From: a virus
Lineage: Duplodnaviria; Heunggongvirae; Uroviricota; Caudoviricetes
IMG/VR virus record: IMGVR_UViG_3300033074_000580
Coordinates: 223,270 to 287,269 of that record
Reading direction: 5' to 3' (one strand)
Length of the DNA: 64,000 nucleotides
In this document: in pieces, positions 49,228 to 58,467 of the stretch
Position numbering within the stretch: position 1 is the first letter of the stretch
How the letters are laid out: each line of letters begins with the position of its first letter
The notes under the pieces: model-generated
Databases searched by the model: none
What the model was told of the DNA's origin: nothing
Seen by the model: only the letters and a program-made list of their open reading frames with translations
Position numbers and translations under genes: made by a program

Positions 49228-49255
49228 AATATACGAAAAATTAAATAAATTTCAA
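49228..49255 (-). promoter_or_regulatory. Sigma70-like promoter TTGAAA-N16-TATATT at the start of the enzyme block
   Basis: 6 nt before the ATG of the 242-aa gene, at the boundary between structural and enzyme genes. Confidence 0.45.
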
Positions 49256-49378
49256 ATTTAAACTGAAACTAATTGCGTCAGACTCATTTATAAATGGTTC
49301 ACTTGTTTTAATTTCACCATTTTCTTCGAATCTAACATACCATACTTGTCCTTCTTTAAAAATTTCTACATTACTCAT
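49241..49378 (-). CDS. Small ORF, 45 aa (MSNVEIFKEGQVWYVRFEENGEIKTSEPFINESDAISFSLNLKFI)
   Basis: Translated by hand; overlaps the upstream stop and fills the gap. Confidence 0.55.
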   Translation of the reverse strand: MSNVEIFKEGQVWYVRFEENGEIKTSEPFINESDAISFSLNLKFI

Positions 49379-49760
49379 TTGGATATGGATTAGGGTTTTC
49401 AATTATCGCTAGTGGTCTATTTTCGATAGTCCATGTTTGTGTATCTTCGTGCCATATTGTTGCCTTATCTTCATCAACCACAGGTCTTTCAATAGGTGGG
49501 TCCCATTGTCCTAATGTTTCATTTAATACCCAAGATTCAAATGGTTTTGGGGGTAAAAATATATCCAACGTTTCATTATATGTATATCCAACACCCGCAA
49601 ACATTTTTCTAATATTTCCATTATAAGATGTTTGTATCCATCTACCACCTAAATTTAAATCTTCTGAAAGATAATCTTGACCTCTATGTTCTTCTTCGTT
49701 TGGTACAACCAAAACTTGTAGAACTACATTGTTCTCATCTATTTGTGCAAAATGTGCCAT
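49371..49760 (-). CDS. Conserved phage-type hypothetical protein, typically downstream of glycine-rich virion proteins
   Basis: MAHFAQID...WIQTSYNG...FAGVGYTY...PPKPFESW...W.PP.P motifs. Confidence 0.7.
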   Translation of the reverse strand: MAHFAQIDENNVVLQVLVVPNEEEHRGQDYLSEDLNLGGRWIQTSYNGNIRKMFAGVGYTYNETLDIFLPPKPFESWVLNETLGQWDPPIERPVVDEDKATIWHEDTQTWTIENRPLAIIENPNPYPNE

Positions 49761-49761
49761 A

Positions 49762-51429
49762 TTATTTAAATTTATATCTTATTACAACTATTCCCGAACC
49801 ACCGTCACCACCTTTGTTATTTGCGTTGTAGTGTGAACCACCTCCACCGCCACCTCCGGTATTTGTTCCTCCATTACCACCAGGTACGTTTGCCCATGAA
49901 CAACATGCACCGTTTTGACCGGAATTACCCCAAGTTAATGCCTGTGAACCACCTGATGTGATACCTAATGCACCACCACCACCTCCACCGAGACCACCAT
50001 CACCACCTGTCCCTAGTGAATAACTAGCACCACCACCGCCACCACCCCAATAGAATGGTTTACCTAATATATTAACTAATTTACCCGCACCTCCATTTGG
50101 TCTTGCGGTACCTGAAACTCCGACAGCACCCGCGCCTCCTCCACCGCCAGAATAATATTGTCCACCTGAACCACCGCCATTATAACCTTGGTTTCCTGTA
50201 CCTCCTCTACCTGTATTTCCGTCACTATAACCACTAGCACCTCCTCCATTACCTCCGGTACCTCCATAACCATAATCGGGCGTATAACCAAAATAAGAAC
50301 TTGCACCATATCCACCTCCATTTGCGGTAAATCCATTAAATGAACTGTTACCTCCAGCAGTTGCTCTAATCGTATATTGGTGTCCACCTGGTTGTCCGTT
50401 AGTACTCGCAGCGGGTGCACCTGCACCTCCACCACCAACAGTTACTGTATATGAACCTGTACCTAACACCATTGTTCCATTAAGTACGGCACCACCACCG
50501 CCACCACCACCCATATCCATTCCTCCTCCACCGCCACCTCCGACGATAAGATAATCTACAGTAAGTGAATCTCCTTTATAACCGGTTACAGTAAATGTAC
50601 CCGAACTTGTAAATCTATGTATTCTCCACTCACCAACTTCAGTAATTAAATTACCTCCAGTTGCAATTACTCTTTGATGTTTAAATGAATTACCTTCGAG
50701 TGTTATTGTTCTACTATCTAATTTATTATTTTGATTCAATAATAGTGCTTGTAATGTTGGTTGTGTTCCATCACAAATATCGACTCTTGGATTGAAAAAT
50801 TGTAATCTTGTTGTACTATCACCACAATAATAATGATATGTTCTATGATATGTACTCGTTGAACTAGCACCCCATTTTAAGTCACCTCCACTAATATTAC
50901 ATTGGTTAATTCCCATTGCTTTAGTTAGAGAATAAATGGAATTATTCGAAACGGTCCAAAATCCCGTATCTGGATGTGGAATAGTACTCGTATATGAATA
51001 TGGAAAAATGTGCCCAACAACCAAATACCATTGGTTTTGAGTTAGTCCACCAGCACTTCCACAGTGCCAATATGGATTACACATTTGACTACTTGTTCCT
51101 AATGCATTAGGACATTCGCTACCACCTGCAGTACCTAAATAAAAAGTCCCTCCACCTGTTGATGATGTTCTTTTTACCCAAACCGAGAATCTATATAATT
51201 TAGTAATGTCAATTGCAAATGAGTCTGAATTCCATCCACCATCCGCACCTCCATCACCTGAAGCTCTTGTTTCCCAAACAACCGCACTATTACCCCATGG
51301 GTCTGTACCAATAACTCTTTCGTTTTCACCCGTGTTACCATTCTGTCCATAACCCGATGAACCGCCCGAACCTGTGGTCCATGTTTTAGGGTCTGTGAGT
51401 AAACTTTTCTTTATAAAATATGTTGACAT
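49762..51429 (-). CDS. Glycine-rich virion structural protein with N-terminal jelly-roll/CBM-like domain
   Basis: HRFTSSGTF, DYLIVGGGGGGG and terminal GGSGIVVIRY. Confidence 0.7.
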   Translation of the reverse strand: MSTYFIKKSLLTDPKTWTTGSGGSSGYGQNGNTGENERVIGTDPWGNSAVVWETRASGDGGADGGWNSDSFAIDITKLYRFSVWVKRTSSTGGGTFYLGTAGGSECPNALGTSSQMCNPYWHCGSAGGLTQNQWYLVVGHIFPYSYTSTIPHPDTGFWTVSNNSIYSLTKAMGINQCNISGGDLKWGASSTSTYHRTYHYYCGDSTTRLQFFNPRVDICDGTQPTLQALLLNQNNKLDSRTITLEGNSFKHQRVIATGGNLITEVGEWRIHRFTSSGTFTVTGYKGDSLTVDYLIVGGGGGGGMDMGGGGGGGAVLNGTMVLGTGSYTVTVGGGGAGAPAASTNGQPGGHQYTIRATAGGNSSFNGFTANGGGYGASSYFGYTPDYGYGGTGGNGGGASGYSDGNTGRGGTGNQGYNGGGSGGQYYSGGGGGAGAVGVSGTARPNGGAGKLVNILGKPFYWGGGGGGASYSLGTGGDGGLGGGGGGALGITSGGSQALTWGNSGQNGACCSWANVPGGNGGTNTGGGGGGGSHYNANNKGGDGGSGIVVIRYKFK

Positions 51430-52220
51430 TATATTGCAAATCTTTGTCTTCCGTTATTATATAGTGTTAAAACTTCCGATGCTGTTAATGCGACATTATA
51501 CATTTGCATTACAGGTATATAACCTTTAAATGGACTTGTTGGTGTGCCAGGTGCATTTCTTGCACCAAATCTTAAATCATTTGAATAAACATTACCAATT
51601 GCACCAGTTAATGCCGCATTATATACTTCCACACCATTTACATATAGTCTTTGATATGATTGGTCATATGTTACCATTGCATGATACCATTGATTTATAT
51701 TAAATGCAGTATTTCCCACCCATGCCCAGTTTGGCCTAAATGCATATGAAATATATCCACCACCGGCAGATAATTCAAACTCATTTTCTTTATTAAAGAT
51801 TATTCTATCGTTTATTGTACCAACTTCCGTTGAATAAAACCACGCACCTATTGATATTACTCCGGTACTTGGTGCTAATGTACTTGTATGTGTGACGTTT
51901 ACGTAACTATTTGAACCGTTAAAATAAAACGATGGTCCTGATGCTAAATTTGATGTTGATATATTATAAATTGCACCGTCATGACCGTATCCACTTAAAT
52001 CAACCAATTTATTATTACAATTGGTACATCCAGGGTTTGACGAATAATATTGACATCCGTATCCACAATCATAATAGTATCCCGTATTATCAAATGATGA
52101 TGCATTTGATGTATCAAAATGTAAAACTAACCCACGTGTTTCAATACTCGGGGCATTCTGGGTATCTCCAGAAGAACTAAAATTTCCCGATAATGTATTT
52201 CCACCAATTATAATTCCCAT
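51429..52220 (-). CDS. LamG/concanavalin-A-like virion protein with Cys-rich insert
   Basis: GLVLHFD...FNGSNSYV...WYHAMVTYD...LYVNG...YNVALTASEV; YYDCGYGCQ insert. Confidence 0.85.
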   Translation of the reverse strand: MGIIIGGNTLSGNFSSSGDTQNAPSIETRGLVLHFDTSNASSFDNTGYYYDCGYGCQYYSSNPGCTNCNNKLVDLSGYGHDGAIYNISTSNLASGPSFYFNGSNSYVNVTHTSTLAPSTGVISIGAWFYSTEVGTINDRIIFNKENEFELSAGGGYISYAFRPNWAWVGNTAFNINQWYHAMVTYDQSYQRLYVNGVEVYNAALTGAIGNVYSNDLRFGARNAPGTPTSPFKGYIPVMQMYNVALTASEVLTLYNNGRQRFAI

Positions 52221-52230
52221 AAACTATTTT

Positions 52231-53409
52231 TTATATACTAAATCTTCCTCTTGTTGCTTGAAAATTTTCAGCAATTTCAAATGGATGTAGTACTCTATTA
52301 TACATTCTTACTATATATATCTCACCATAGAAAGGTTCTGATGTTCCGTTAACATCAAGGCCAATTCTCCAGTTAATGTTAGCAGGTACTGAACCTGTTA
52401 ATACCGTTGTTTTTGTTAAAACAGCATTTCTATAAACTTTTACGACACCATTTTTATCTCTACTACAAGTCAATTGATAAACTGTATTATTATATGATGC
52501 ACCGTAATCTGCCTCATAAGCATTTCCTTGTATATATACTCCACCACTAAACATCCATATACCATTACCATATCCAGGACCATAATTACTAATTAAAACT
52601 CCCGTATTTGTTGACATTCTTTTATACCAAACTTCAATTGTCCACGGATTTAAACCCGATAACTCACTAAAATATGTGTTAAAGTCTAAAGCACTATTTG
52701 AACCGTTAAACATAAACGCACCACCATAATTTGAATTCCAAGTTGTGTTACTATTTTTAATTACACTATTTCCACTTTGACTCATATCAATTACTGCATC
52801 GCCATTTGTTCCATTTATCCAATCTCCCGCCATTGAACCTCCCGATTGTATCATCGGCATAGTTACTTCCCATGTTGAGTTACTTCCTCCTGATGTTCCA
52901 CCATACGATATGATGTAAAATGTACCTGATGTGGATGATGCACTTATTGTATGTGAGACTCTTTGCCAAACACCAACCTTGTCGGCCGCTTGACTAATAC
53001 CTGTTGCAGTATCACCTTGACCAAATCCACTCACATAAACCGTAGCACCATTATTTCCTGAACCACTTAAGTACCAACGATACCACGCCGAAAATGTGTA
53101 TGTTCCTGTTGATGGAAGTGATATACTTTTATAAATTCCATTCCAAGAACCTCTATTTATCATTTTGTAACCTACTGTATTAAATTCAGTTACAAATTGA
53201 CCGTCATTACCATAACTATAGGAGCCCCATCCATTCATGTGAATCGCATCTGATATTATATTAGTATACTCATTTGTTGGTGGAAATGAATCTTTATCTG
53301 CAGCGTCTAAATGGCATATCATACCATCGATGTTTACTTTACTTTTGAAAACACCTGTACTATTGATATCACTTGAACTAATAACGTTACCATTTACGAT
53401 ATATGCCAT
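52231..53409 (-). CDS. LamG-like virion protein with inserted carbohydrate-binding-like domain
   Basis: CHLDAAD...YTFSAWY...FNGSNS...YNRVLHPFEIAENF. Confidence 0.8.
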   Translation of the reverse strand: MAYIVNGNVISSSDINSTGVFKSKVNIDGMICHLDAADKDSFPPTNEYTNIISDAIHMNGWGSYSYGNDGQFVTEFNTVGYKMINRGSWNGIYKSISLPSTGTYTFSAWYRWYLSGSGNNGATVYVSGFGQGDTATGISQAADKVGVWQRVSHTISASSTSGTFYIISYGGTSGGSNSTWEVTMPMIQSGGSMAGDWINGTNGDAVIDMSQSGNSVIKNSNTTWNSNYGGAFMFNGSNSALDFNTYFSELSGLNPWTIEVWYKRMSTNTGVLISNYGPGYGNGIWMFSGGVYIQGNAYEADYGASYNNTVYQLTCSRDKNGVVKVYRNAVLTKTTVLTGSVPANINWRIGLDVNGTSEPFYGEIYIVRMYNRVLHPFEIAENFQATRGRFSI

Positions 53410-53410
53410 A

Positions 53411-56400
53411 TTACTCTAATTCGTCTAATCTGAATTTAAATTTCTTTCCGTTTCTATTATTGATAATATAAAGATTTTCTTCACCTTCTTGTATAGTCCA
53501 GTTGCCGGATGTTCCATCAATGTCATTTCCTTCAGGTTTATTCATGTTACTTAAGTGTAAGTCATTGGTATAAACGTTAGCCCAACCCATTGATGCGGAG
53601 CCTAAGTTATATGAGTTATTTGAATGTGGTAAAATGTTTCCTCTGAATACCGATGCATTACCTTCCGCCCCTAACCAAACATATGGTGTTCCATTTGCCG
53701 CAACATACATACCCCATCCACTTGCGTTTGTCATGTTAACTGCCGTTGTTGAACCGTTTGTATTAGTATAACCAACACCGTACATATTATTCAATGATGA
53801 TGCGGTTGGAACATATGAACCCCCAATTGTATAAATCGCACCTGTTGATGTTCCTGTTTCGGAACTAGAATAGTTTCCGTTTAAATATGCCGTTGCCGCA
53901 GATGTACGATATATCGGACCTGCTAATGTTAAACTAGAAAATGTTGGACTATTTGACGTTCCTAAATTTTGGTTAATATTATATGTATTTGCAAATGACG
54001 TACCACTTGAACCAGATGTACCAGAAGAACCAGATGTTCCATTAGAACCTGGAGACCCATTAGCTCCTGAAGTACCTGATGAACCTGAACTTCCTGATGT
54101 TCCACTACTTCCTGATGTTCCATTTGAACCAGGTGAACCATTTATCCCCGAAGTACCACTAGTCCCTGAAGAACCTGAACTACCCGAGGAACCAGATGTG
54201 CCACTAGTACCTGATGTACCCGAAGTACCACTTGTTCCTGATGAACCATTAGAACCTGAAGTTCCACTACTTCCACTAGAACCGGACGTTCCACTTGTTC
54301 CCGAAGAACCATTAGAGCCGGATGTTCCACTACTTCCAGACGAACCTGAACTACCTGATGTACCGCTCGTACCTGAACTTCCAGACGAACCTGAAGTTCC
54401 CGAACTTCCACTACTTCCTGAAGTACCACTAGTACCTGAACTACCGCTAGTACCTGAAGAACCTGAACTTCCACTCGTACCTGAACTACCCGATGAACCC
54501 GAGGTTCCACTTGTTCCTGAAGAACCCGCATTACCTGTTCTATTAAACTCAATCACTAATTGTGCTCCGTTAGTTGGTAATGTTCCCGATATATAAGAAA
54601 CAGGTATTTTATAATATCCTGTTGCCACAGTAACCGCACCATTTACTTGAAATTGGTTTACTATTGTGCCTGTGTCTCTACTAACAATTGTAATTATACC
54701 TCTTGATGAAGTTGTTGTTGAATCATCCCAAGTGTCGTACCATGTGGTTCTTGTGCCACCTAATTGGTCAGCGTTATCTATAAAAATTGTTGTTACGGAG
54801 GCAATTGTTACGTTATTATATGCAATTAAACCCGCACCTGGGTCCGCATCAGTTGTGGTTGTTGAGAAGTTATATCTAACTCCTCCCGCAACTCCTGAAC
54901 TACCGGACGAACCACTTGTTCCTGATGAACCGGATGTACCAGAAGAACCCGAAGAACCACTTGTTCCTGAAGAACCAGATGAACCGGATGTACCAGATGT
55001 TCCACTTGTTCCTGAAGAACCAGATGAACCGGATGTACCAGAAGAACCTGAGGAACCTGAGGAACCACTAGTTCCTGAAGAACCTGAGGAACCACTAGTT
55101 CCTGAAGAACCTGAACTTCCACTTGTACCTGATGTACCACTAGTTCCTGATGTTCCTCTTGTACCAGAAGAACCACTTGAACCAGACGTTCCACTCGTAC
55201 CTGAACTACCCGATGAACCCGAGGTTCCACTTGTTCCTGATGTGCCACTTGTTCCTGATGAACCTGCGGTTAATAAATTTGTACCAACCCCTGTAGCTAA
55301 TGTTGAAATGTCCCAATATCCTCCTCTGTTTGTTCCTCCTTGTTCAAATAATCTAACTTTATTTTGAAAAACGTCAAAACTTATCCCACCAACTAATGTC
55401 GTGTTTGTTTGTGCCTTAACCAAATTTAATTGACCACCTTCATCACCGCTTGAGAATGTTGATGTTATTTCACCTGTTACTTTTAACGTGCCCGTAACTT
55501 CTGTATTTGAATTTATTGAAACTAAAGTACCCGTATCTGTGATATTTGAATCGGCGATATGATGTGTACCCGAACCTTTTTGTATTTTATTGTTTGCAGG
55601 ATATGTTGGTGAACCTTTTGTTGAATATTCAGGTCCAAATATGGTAACTGCATAATCAACAGTTGATGAACTATATTCATACGCCCAATCATTTGTTAAA
55701 CTATCAAAATAGAAAGATGAGGTAGTATTTGAACCGGAGTCAAAAACGTTTAATCCACCATATCTAACTGCAGGTGATGATGCATTTACTGATATGAAAT
55801 TATTTTGAACATTTAATTGTGATGCAGTTGCATATGTAATTGAAGAGGAACCTATTACCAATAAGTTATCAGTAATTGTTAATGAACCCGTTATATGTGT
55901 ATTAGAATTAACTCTAAATAAACTTCCGTCGTATGTTAAATTTGATTCTACTGTAACATTAGGTGATGAACCATTTAATGTCAACAAACCATTATCTTGG
56001 GTTCCGGTCATTGTTACGGTACCCGAACTTCCACTACTACCTGACGAACCAGACGTTCCACTAGTTCCTGAAGTACCTCTTGTTCCTGATGAACCAGATG
56101 AACCACTAGTTCCTGAAGAACCGGATGAACCACTAGTTCCAGACGTTCCACTGGTTCCTGATGAACCAGATGAACCACTAGTTCCTGAAGAACCGGATGA
56201 ACCCGACGTACCTGAAGAACCACTAGTTCCTGATGAACCTGAACTTCCACTTGTACCGGAACTTCCACTACTACCTGACGAACCAGACGTTCCACTTGTT
56301 CCTGATGAACCACTAAAACCTGATGTTCCACTTGTTCCGGAAGAACCTCCACTTCCACTTGTACCAGATGAACCTGAAGAACCTGATGTTCCACTTGTTC

Positions 56401-57625
56401 CTGATGAACCGTTTGATCCTGAAGTCCCACTAGTTCCTGAACTACCAGATGAACCACTAGAACCCGAGGTTCCACTACTACCTGAAGAACCGCTTGTTCC
56501 TGAAGAACCGCTTGTTCCTGAAGAACCTGAAGTTCCACTAGTTCCTGATGAACCGGATGTTCCAGAAGTACCCGAACTACCCGATGAACCTGATGTTCCA
56601 CTACTTCCATTAGAACCTGAAGTACCACTAGACCCTGAAGAACCAGAAGTTCCACTCGTACCTGATGTACCACTTGAACCTGAACTACCAGATGTTCCGC
56701 TAGACCCTGATGAACCGGAAGACCCCGATGTACCGGAAGTACCACTTGAACCACTTGAACCTGATGAACCACTAGAACCTGATGTGCCAGAACTACCAGA
56801 TGTACCGCTCGTACCTGAACTTCCAGATGAACCTGAAGTACCACTTGTTCCTGAACTACCAGACGAACCACTAGTTCCTGAAGTGCCGCTTGAACCATTA
56901 CTTCCTGACGAACCTGAAGTTCCGCTAGTCCCTGATGAACCAGATGAACCACTTGTACCAGAACTGCCAGATGTACCACTAGTTCCTGAAGAACCTGATG
57001 TTCCACTTGTTCCTGAGGTTGCCGCGTTATATGATGTTCCGTTAATTACAACATCACCCTGAACTTTTACAGAACCTGTAACAATTTGGTCGGCTGTAAA
57101 TGTATTTGATTGTGCTTTTTGAGCGTAATATGTTTGATTTGTTTGTAATGTATTGATGTCGTTCGATTGTTGAGCTTGTGATGCGGTAATCGAACTATTA
57201 AATGAATCTTGGGATGATGTGAATGAATAAAATTCTGTTGAATTTAATTTACCTGTTCCAACAAGTTCGTTGTTTAAATAGATTGAACCTGATATTTGTA
57301 CTGAACCCGTAAATTGATGTACGTCCGCCAAGGTGTCACCAAATGCACTTGAACCACTAGCATAACTTGTGGTCATGAATGTAACCGATGAACTTACAAT
57401 ATAACTTTCCGCAATTATTGAACCTGTAACAGTTAAATTACCTTTAATTGTGGTATCCGTATTAACTTCAAAACCGTTACCTTGTGATATTGAGGCAGTA
57501 ACACTACCATCTGCTATTTGTGAAAGATTTAATCCCGTTACACCCGTTGCTGGTATATTTGATAAACCACTTGCATCACCAACAAATGAACCCGAAATTA
57601 ACTCTAACGAACCGTATATCTCCAT
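53411..57625 (-). CDS. Tail-fibre-like protein (1404 aa) with three Gly-(Ser/Thr)-Ser repeat blocks
   Basis: (SG[TS])n blocks separated by globular modules; C-terminal NVYTNDLHLSN...WTIQEGEENLYIINNRNGKKFKF motif typical of phage fibre termini. Confidence 0.75.
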   Translation of the reverse strand: MEIYGSLELISGSFVGDASGLSNIPATGVTGLNLSQIADGSVTASISQGNGFEVNTDTTIKGNLTVTGSIIAESYIVSSSVTFMTTSYASGSSAFGDTLADVHQFTGSVQISGSIYLNNELVGTGKLNSTEFYSFTSSQDSFNSSITASQAQQSNDINTLQTNQTYYAQKAQSNTFTADQIVTGSVKVQGDVVINGTSYNAATSGTSGTSGSSGTSGTSGSSGTSGSSGSSGTSGTSGSSGSNGSSGTSGTSGSSGSSGTSGTSGSSGSSGTSGTSGSSGTSGSSGSSGSSGSSGTSGTSGSSGSSGSSGTSGSSGSSGTSGTSGTSGSSGSSGTSGSNGSSGTSGSSGSSGTSGTSGSSGTSGTSGSSGTSGSSGTSGSSGSSGTSGSSGSSGSSGTSGTSGSNGSSGTSGTSGSSGSSGTSGSGGSSGTSGTSGFSGSSGTSGTSGSSGSSGSSGTSGSSGSSGTSGSSGTSGSSGSSGTSGSSGSSGTSGTSGTSGSSGSSGTSGSSGSSGTRGTSGTSGTSGSSGSSGSSGTVTMTGTQDNGLLTLNGSSPNVTVESNLTYDGSLFRVNSNTHITGSLTITDNLLVIGSSSITYATASQLNVQNNFISVNASSPAVRYGGLNVFDSGSNTTSSFYFDSLTNDWAYEYSSSTVDYAVTIFGPEYSTKGSPTYPANNKIQKGSGTHHIADSNITDTGTLVSINSNTEVTGTLKVTGEITSTFSSGDEGGQLNLVKAQTNTTLVGGISFDVFQNKVRLFEQGGTNRGGYWDISTLATGVGTNLLTAGSSGTSGTSGTSGTSGSSGSSGTSGTSGSSGSSGTRGTSGTSGTSGTSGSSGSSGTSGSSGSSGTSGSSGSSGSSGTSGSSGSSGTSGTSGTSGSSGSSGTSGSSGSSGTSGSSGTSGSSGSSGVAGGVRYNFSTTTTDADPGAGLIAYNNVTIASVTTIFIDNADQLGGTRTTWYDTWDDSTTTSSRGIITIVSRDTGTIVNQFQVNGAVTVATGYYKIPVSYISGTLPTNGAQLVIEFNRTGNAGSSGTSGTSGSSGSSGTSGSSGSSGTSGSSGTSGTSGSSGSSGTSGSSGSSGTSGTSGSSGSSGSSGTSGSNGSSGTSGTSGSSGSSGTSGSNGSSGTSGTSGTSGTSGTSGSSGSSGSSGTSGTSGINGSPGSNGTSGSSGTSGSSGSSGTSGANGSPGSNGTSGSSGTSGSSGTSFANTYNINQNLGTSNSPTFSSLTLAGPIYRTSAATAYLNGNYSSSETGTSTGAIYTIGGSYVPTASSLNNMYGVGYTNTNGSTTAVNMTNASGWGMYVAANGTPYVWLGAEGNASVFRGNILPHSNNSYNLGSASMGWANVYTNDLHLSNMNKPEGNDIDGTSGNWTIQEGEENLYIINNRNGKKFKFRLDELE
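53996..54535 (-). repeat. Gly-X-Y coding repeat block, about 60 triplets (includes GIN, GSP, GSN, GAN variants)
   Basis: Gly register preserved throughout. Confidence 0.95.
54893..55267 (-). repeat. Gly-X-Y coding repeat block, about 41 triplets
   Basis: Gly register preserved. Confidence 0.95.
56018..57016 (-). repeat. Gly-X-Y coding repeat block, about 111 triplets (longest in the window)
   Basis: Gly register preserved; variants GSN, GSG, GFS and GTR. Confidence 0.95.
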
Positions 57626-57642
57626 TAAATTATAGTTTAACT

Positions 57643-57650
57643 ATAAATAC
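57643..57650 (-). promoter_or_regulatory. GTATTTAT motif (candidate late promoter) upstream of the 1404-aa fibre gene
   Basis: AAGTATTTATAG, about 18 nt upstream of the ATG. Confidence 0.55.
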
Positions 57651-57676
57651 TTGTTTAATGGGTTATAGATTAAATA

Positions 57677-58462
57677 TTAGCAAGGAGTACAACCCGGGTC
57701 GTAATTATATTGTTGACATCCGTATCCACAATCATAATATACTTCAAATTTTTGTCTAGTTGCTTGATAATTTTGTAAAATTTCTTGGGCGGATAATACT
57801 CTATTATATACCATCACTGTATGTATATTACCCAACCAAGGGTATGATGTTTGTGTTCCTGCACCATTTGGGTCGTTCCCAATTGTAAATGTATATGTTG
57901 GTGTTGTTGTTGAGCCTCCGTTTAAATTTGTACTTACTAACATTAACCATCCCGCATTGTACAATGTGTAACTATCGGTTGATACTGTTGATGTATTAAC
58001 CCAAACAGTTGACCCGTCTTCTTGGTGGTAGTGTCCAGATGCATTTGGCATAGCATAAAGGTCAATATATGAATCACTATCAGAATGACCCATCAATTTT
58101 TGCCAACCGGCGACAGATGTAACTCTAGCCCACGCAATTGTTGTGTATCCATTACCTCCATTACCACTTTTAAATGCCTTACCAAATGATGAATTATTAC
58201 AATAAAATTTATTACCAGTACCCGTACTATTACCATTAAAATTACCAAATCCTATTGATGGACTCCATGTAATATTACCTTGCATCGTAAAATGATTTGA
58301 CTGACCACTCAAATCATACCAAGTACTTCCAGAACCATTGTAAGAATCTGATATATTGGCATCCAAATATAAAACTAATCCACTTTTAACAATAGATGTT
58401 GAATTGTTTAATTTTGCGGTTAAATTACCGAATGTGTTTCCTCCTATATTAAATGGTGCCAT
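57677..58462 (-). CDS. LamG-like virion protein with C-terminal Cys-rich tail
   Basis: GLVLYLDA...YNRVLSAQEILQNY, ending YYDCGYGCQQYNYDPGCTPC. Confidence 0.85.
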   Translation of the reverse strand: MAPFNIGGNTFGNLTAKLNNSTSIVKSGLVLYLDANISDSYNGSGSTWYDLSGQSNHFTMQGNITWSPSIGFGNFNGNSTGTGNKFYCNNSSFGKAFKSGNGGNGYTTIAWARVTSVAGWQKLMGHSDSDSYIDLYAMPNASGHYHQEDGSTVWVNTSTVSTDSYTLYNAGWLMLVSTNLNGGSTTTPTYTFTIGNDPNGAGTQTSYPWLGNIHTVMVYNRVLSAQEILQNYQATRQKFEVYYDCGYGCQQYNYDPGCTPC

Positions 58463-58467
58463 AAATT

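Noticed and set aside
53411-53560. Peptidase S74 intramolecular chaperone at the fibre C-termini
   Set aside because: The SD-x-RLK autocleavage motif is absent; the terminal motif belongs to a different conserved fibre-end module.
57631-57645. Inverted repeat TATAGTT-T-AACTATA as a terminator
   Set aside because: All-AT-rich stem with a 1-nt loop and no clear U-tract; too weak to support.
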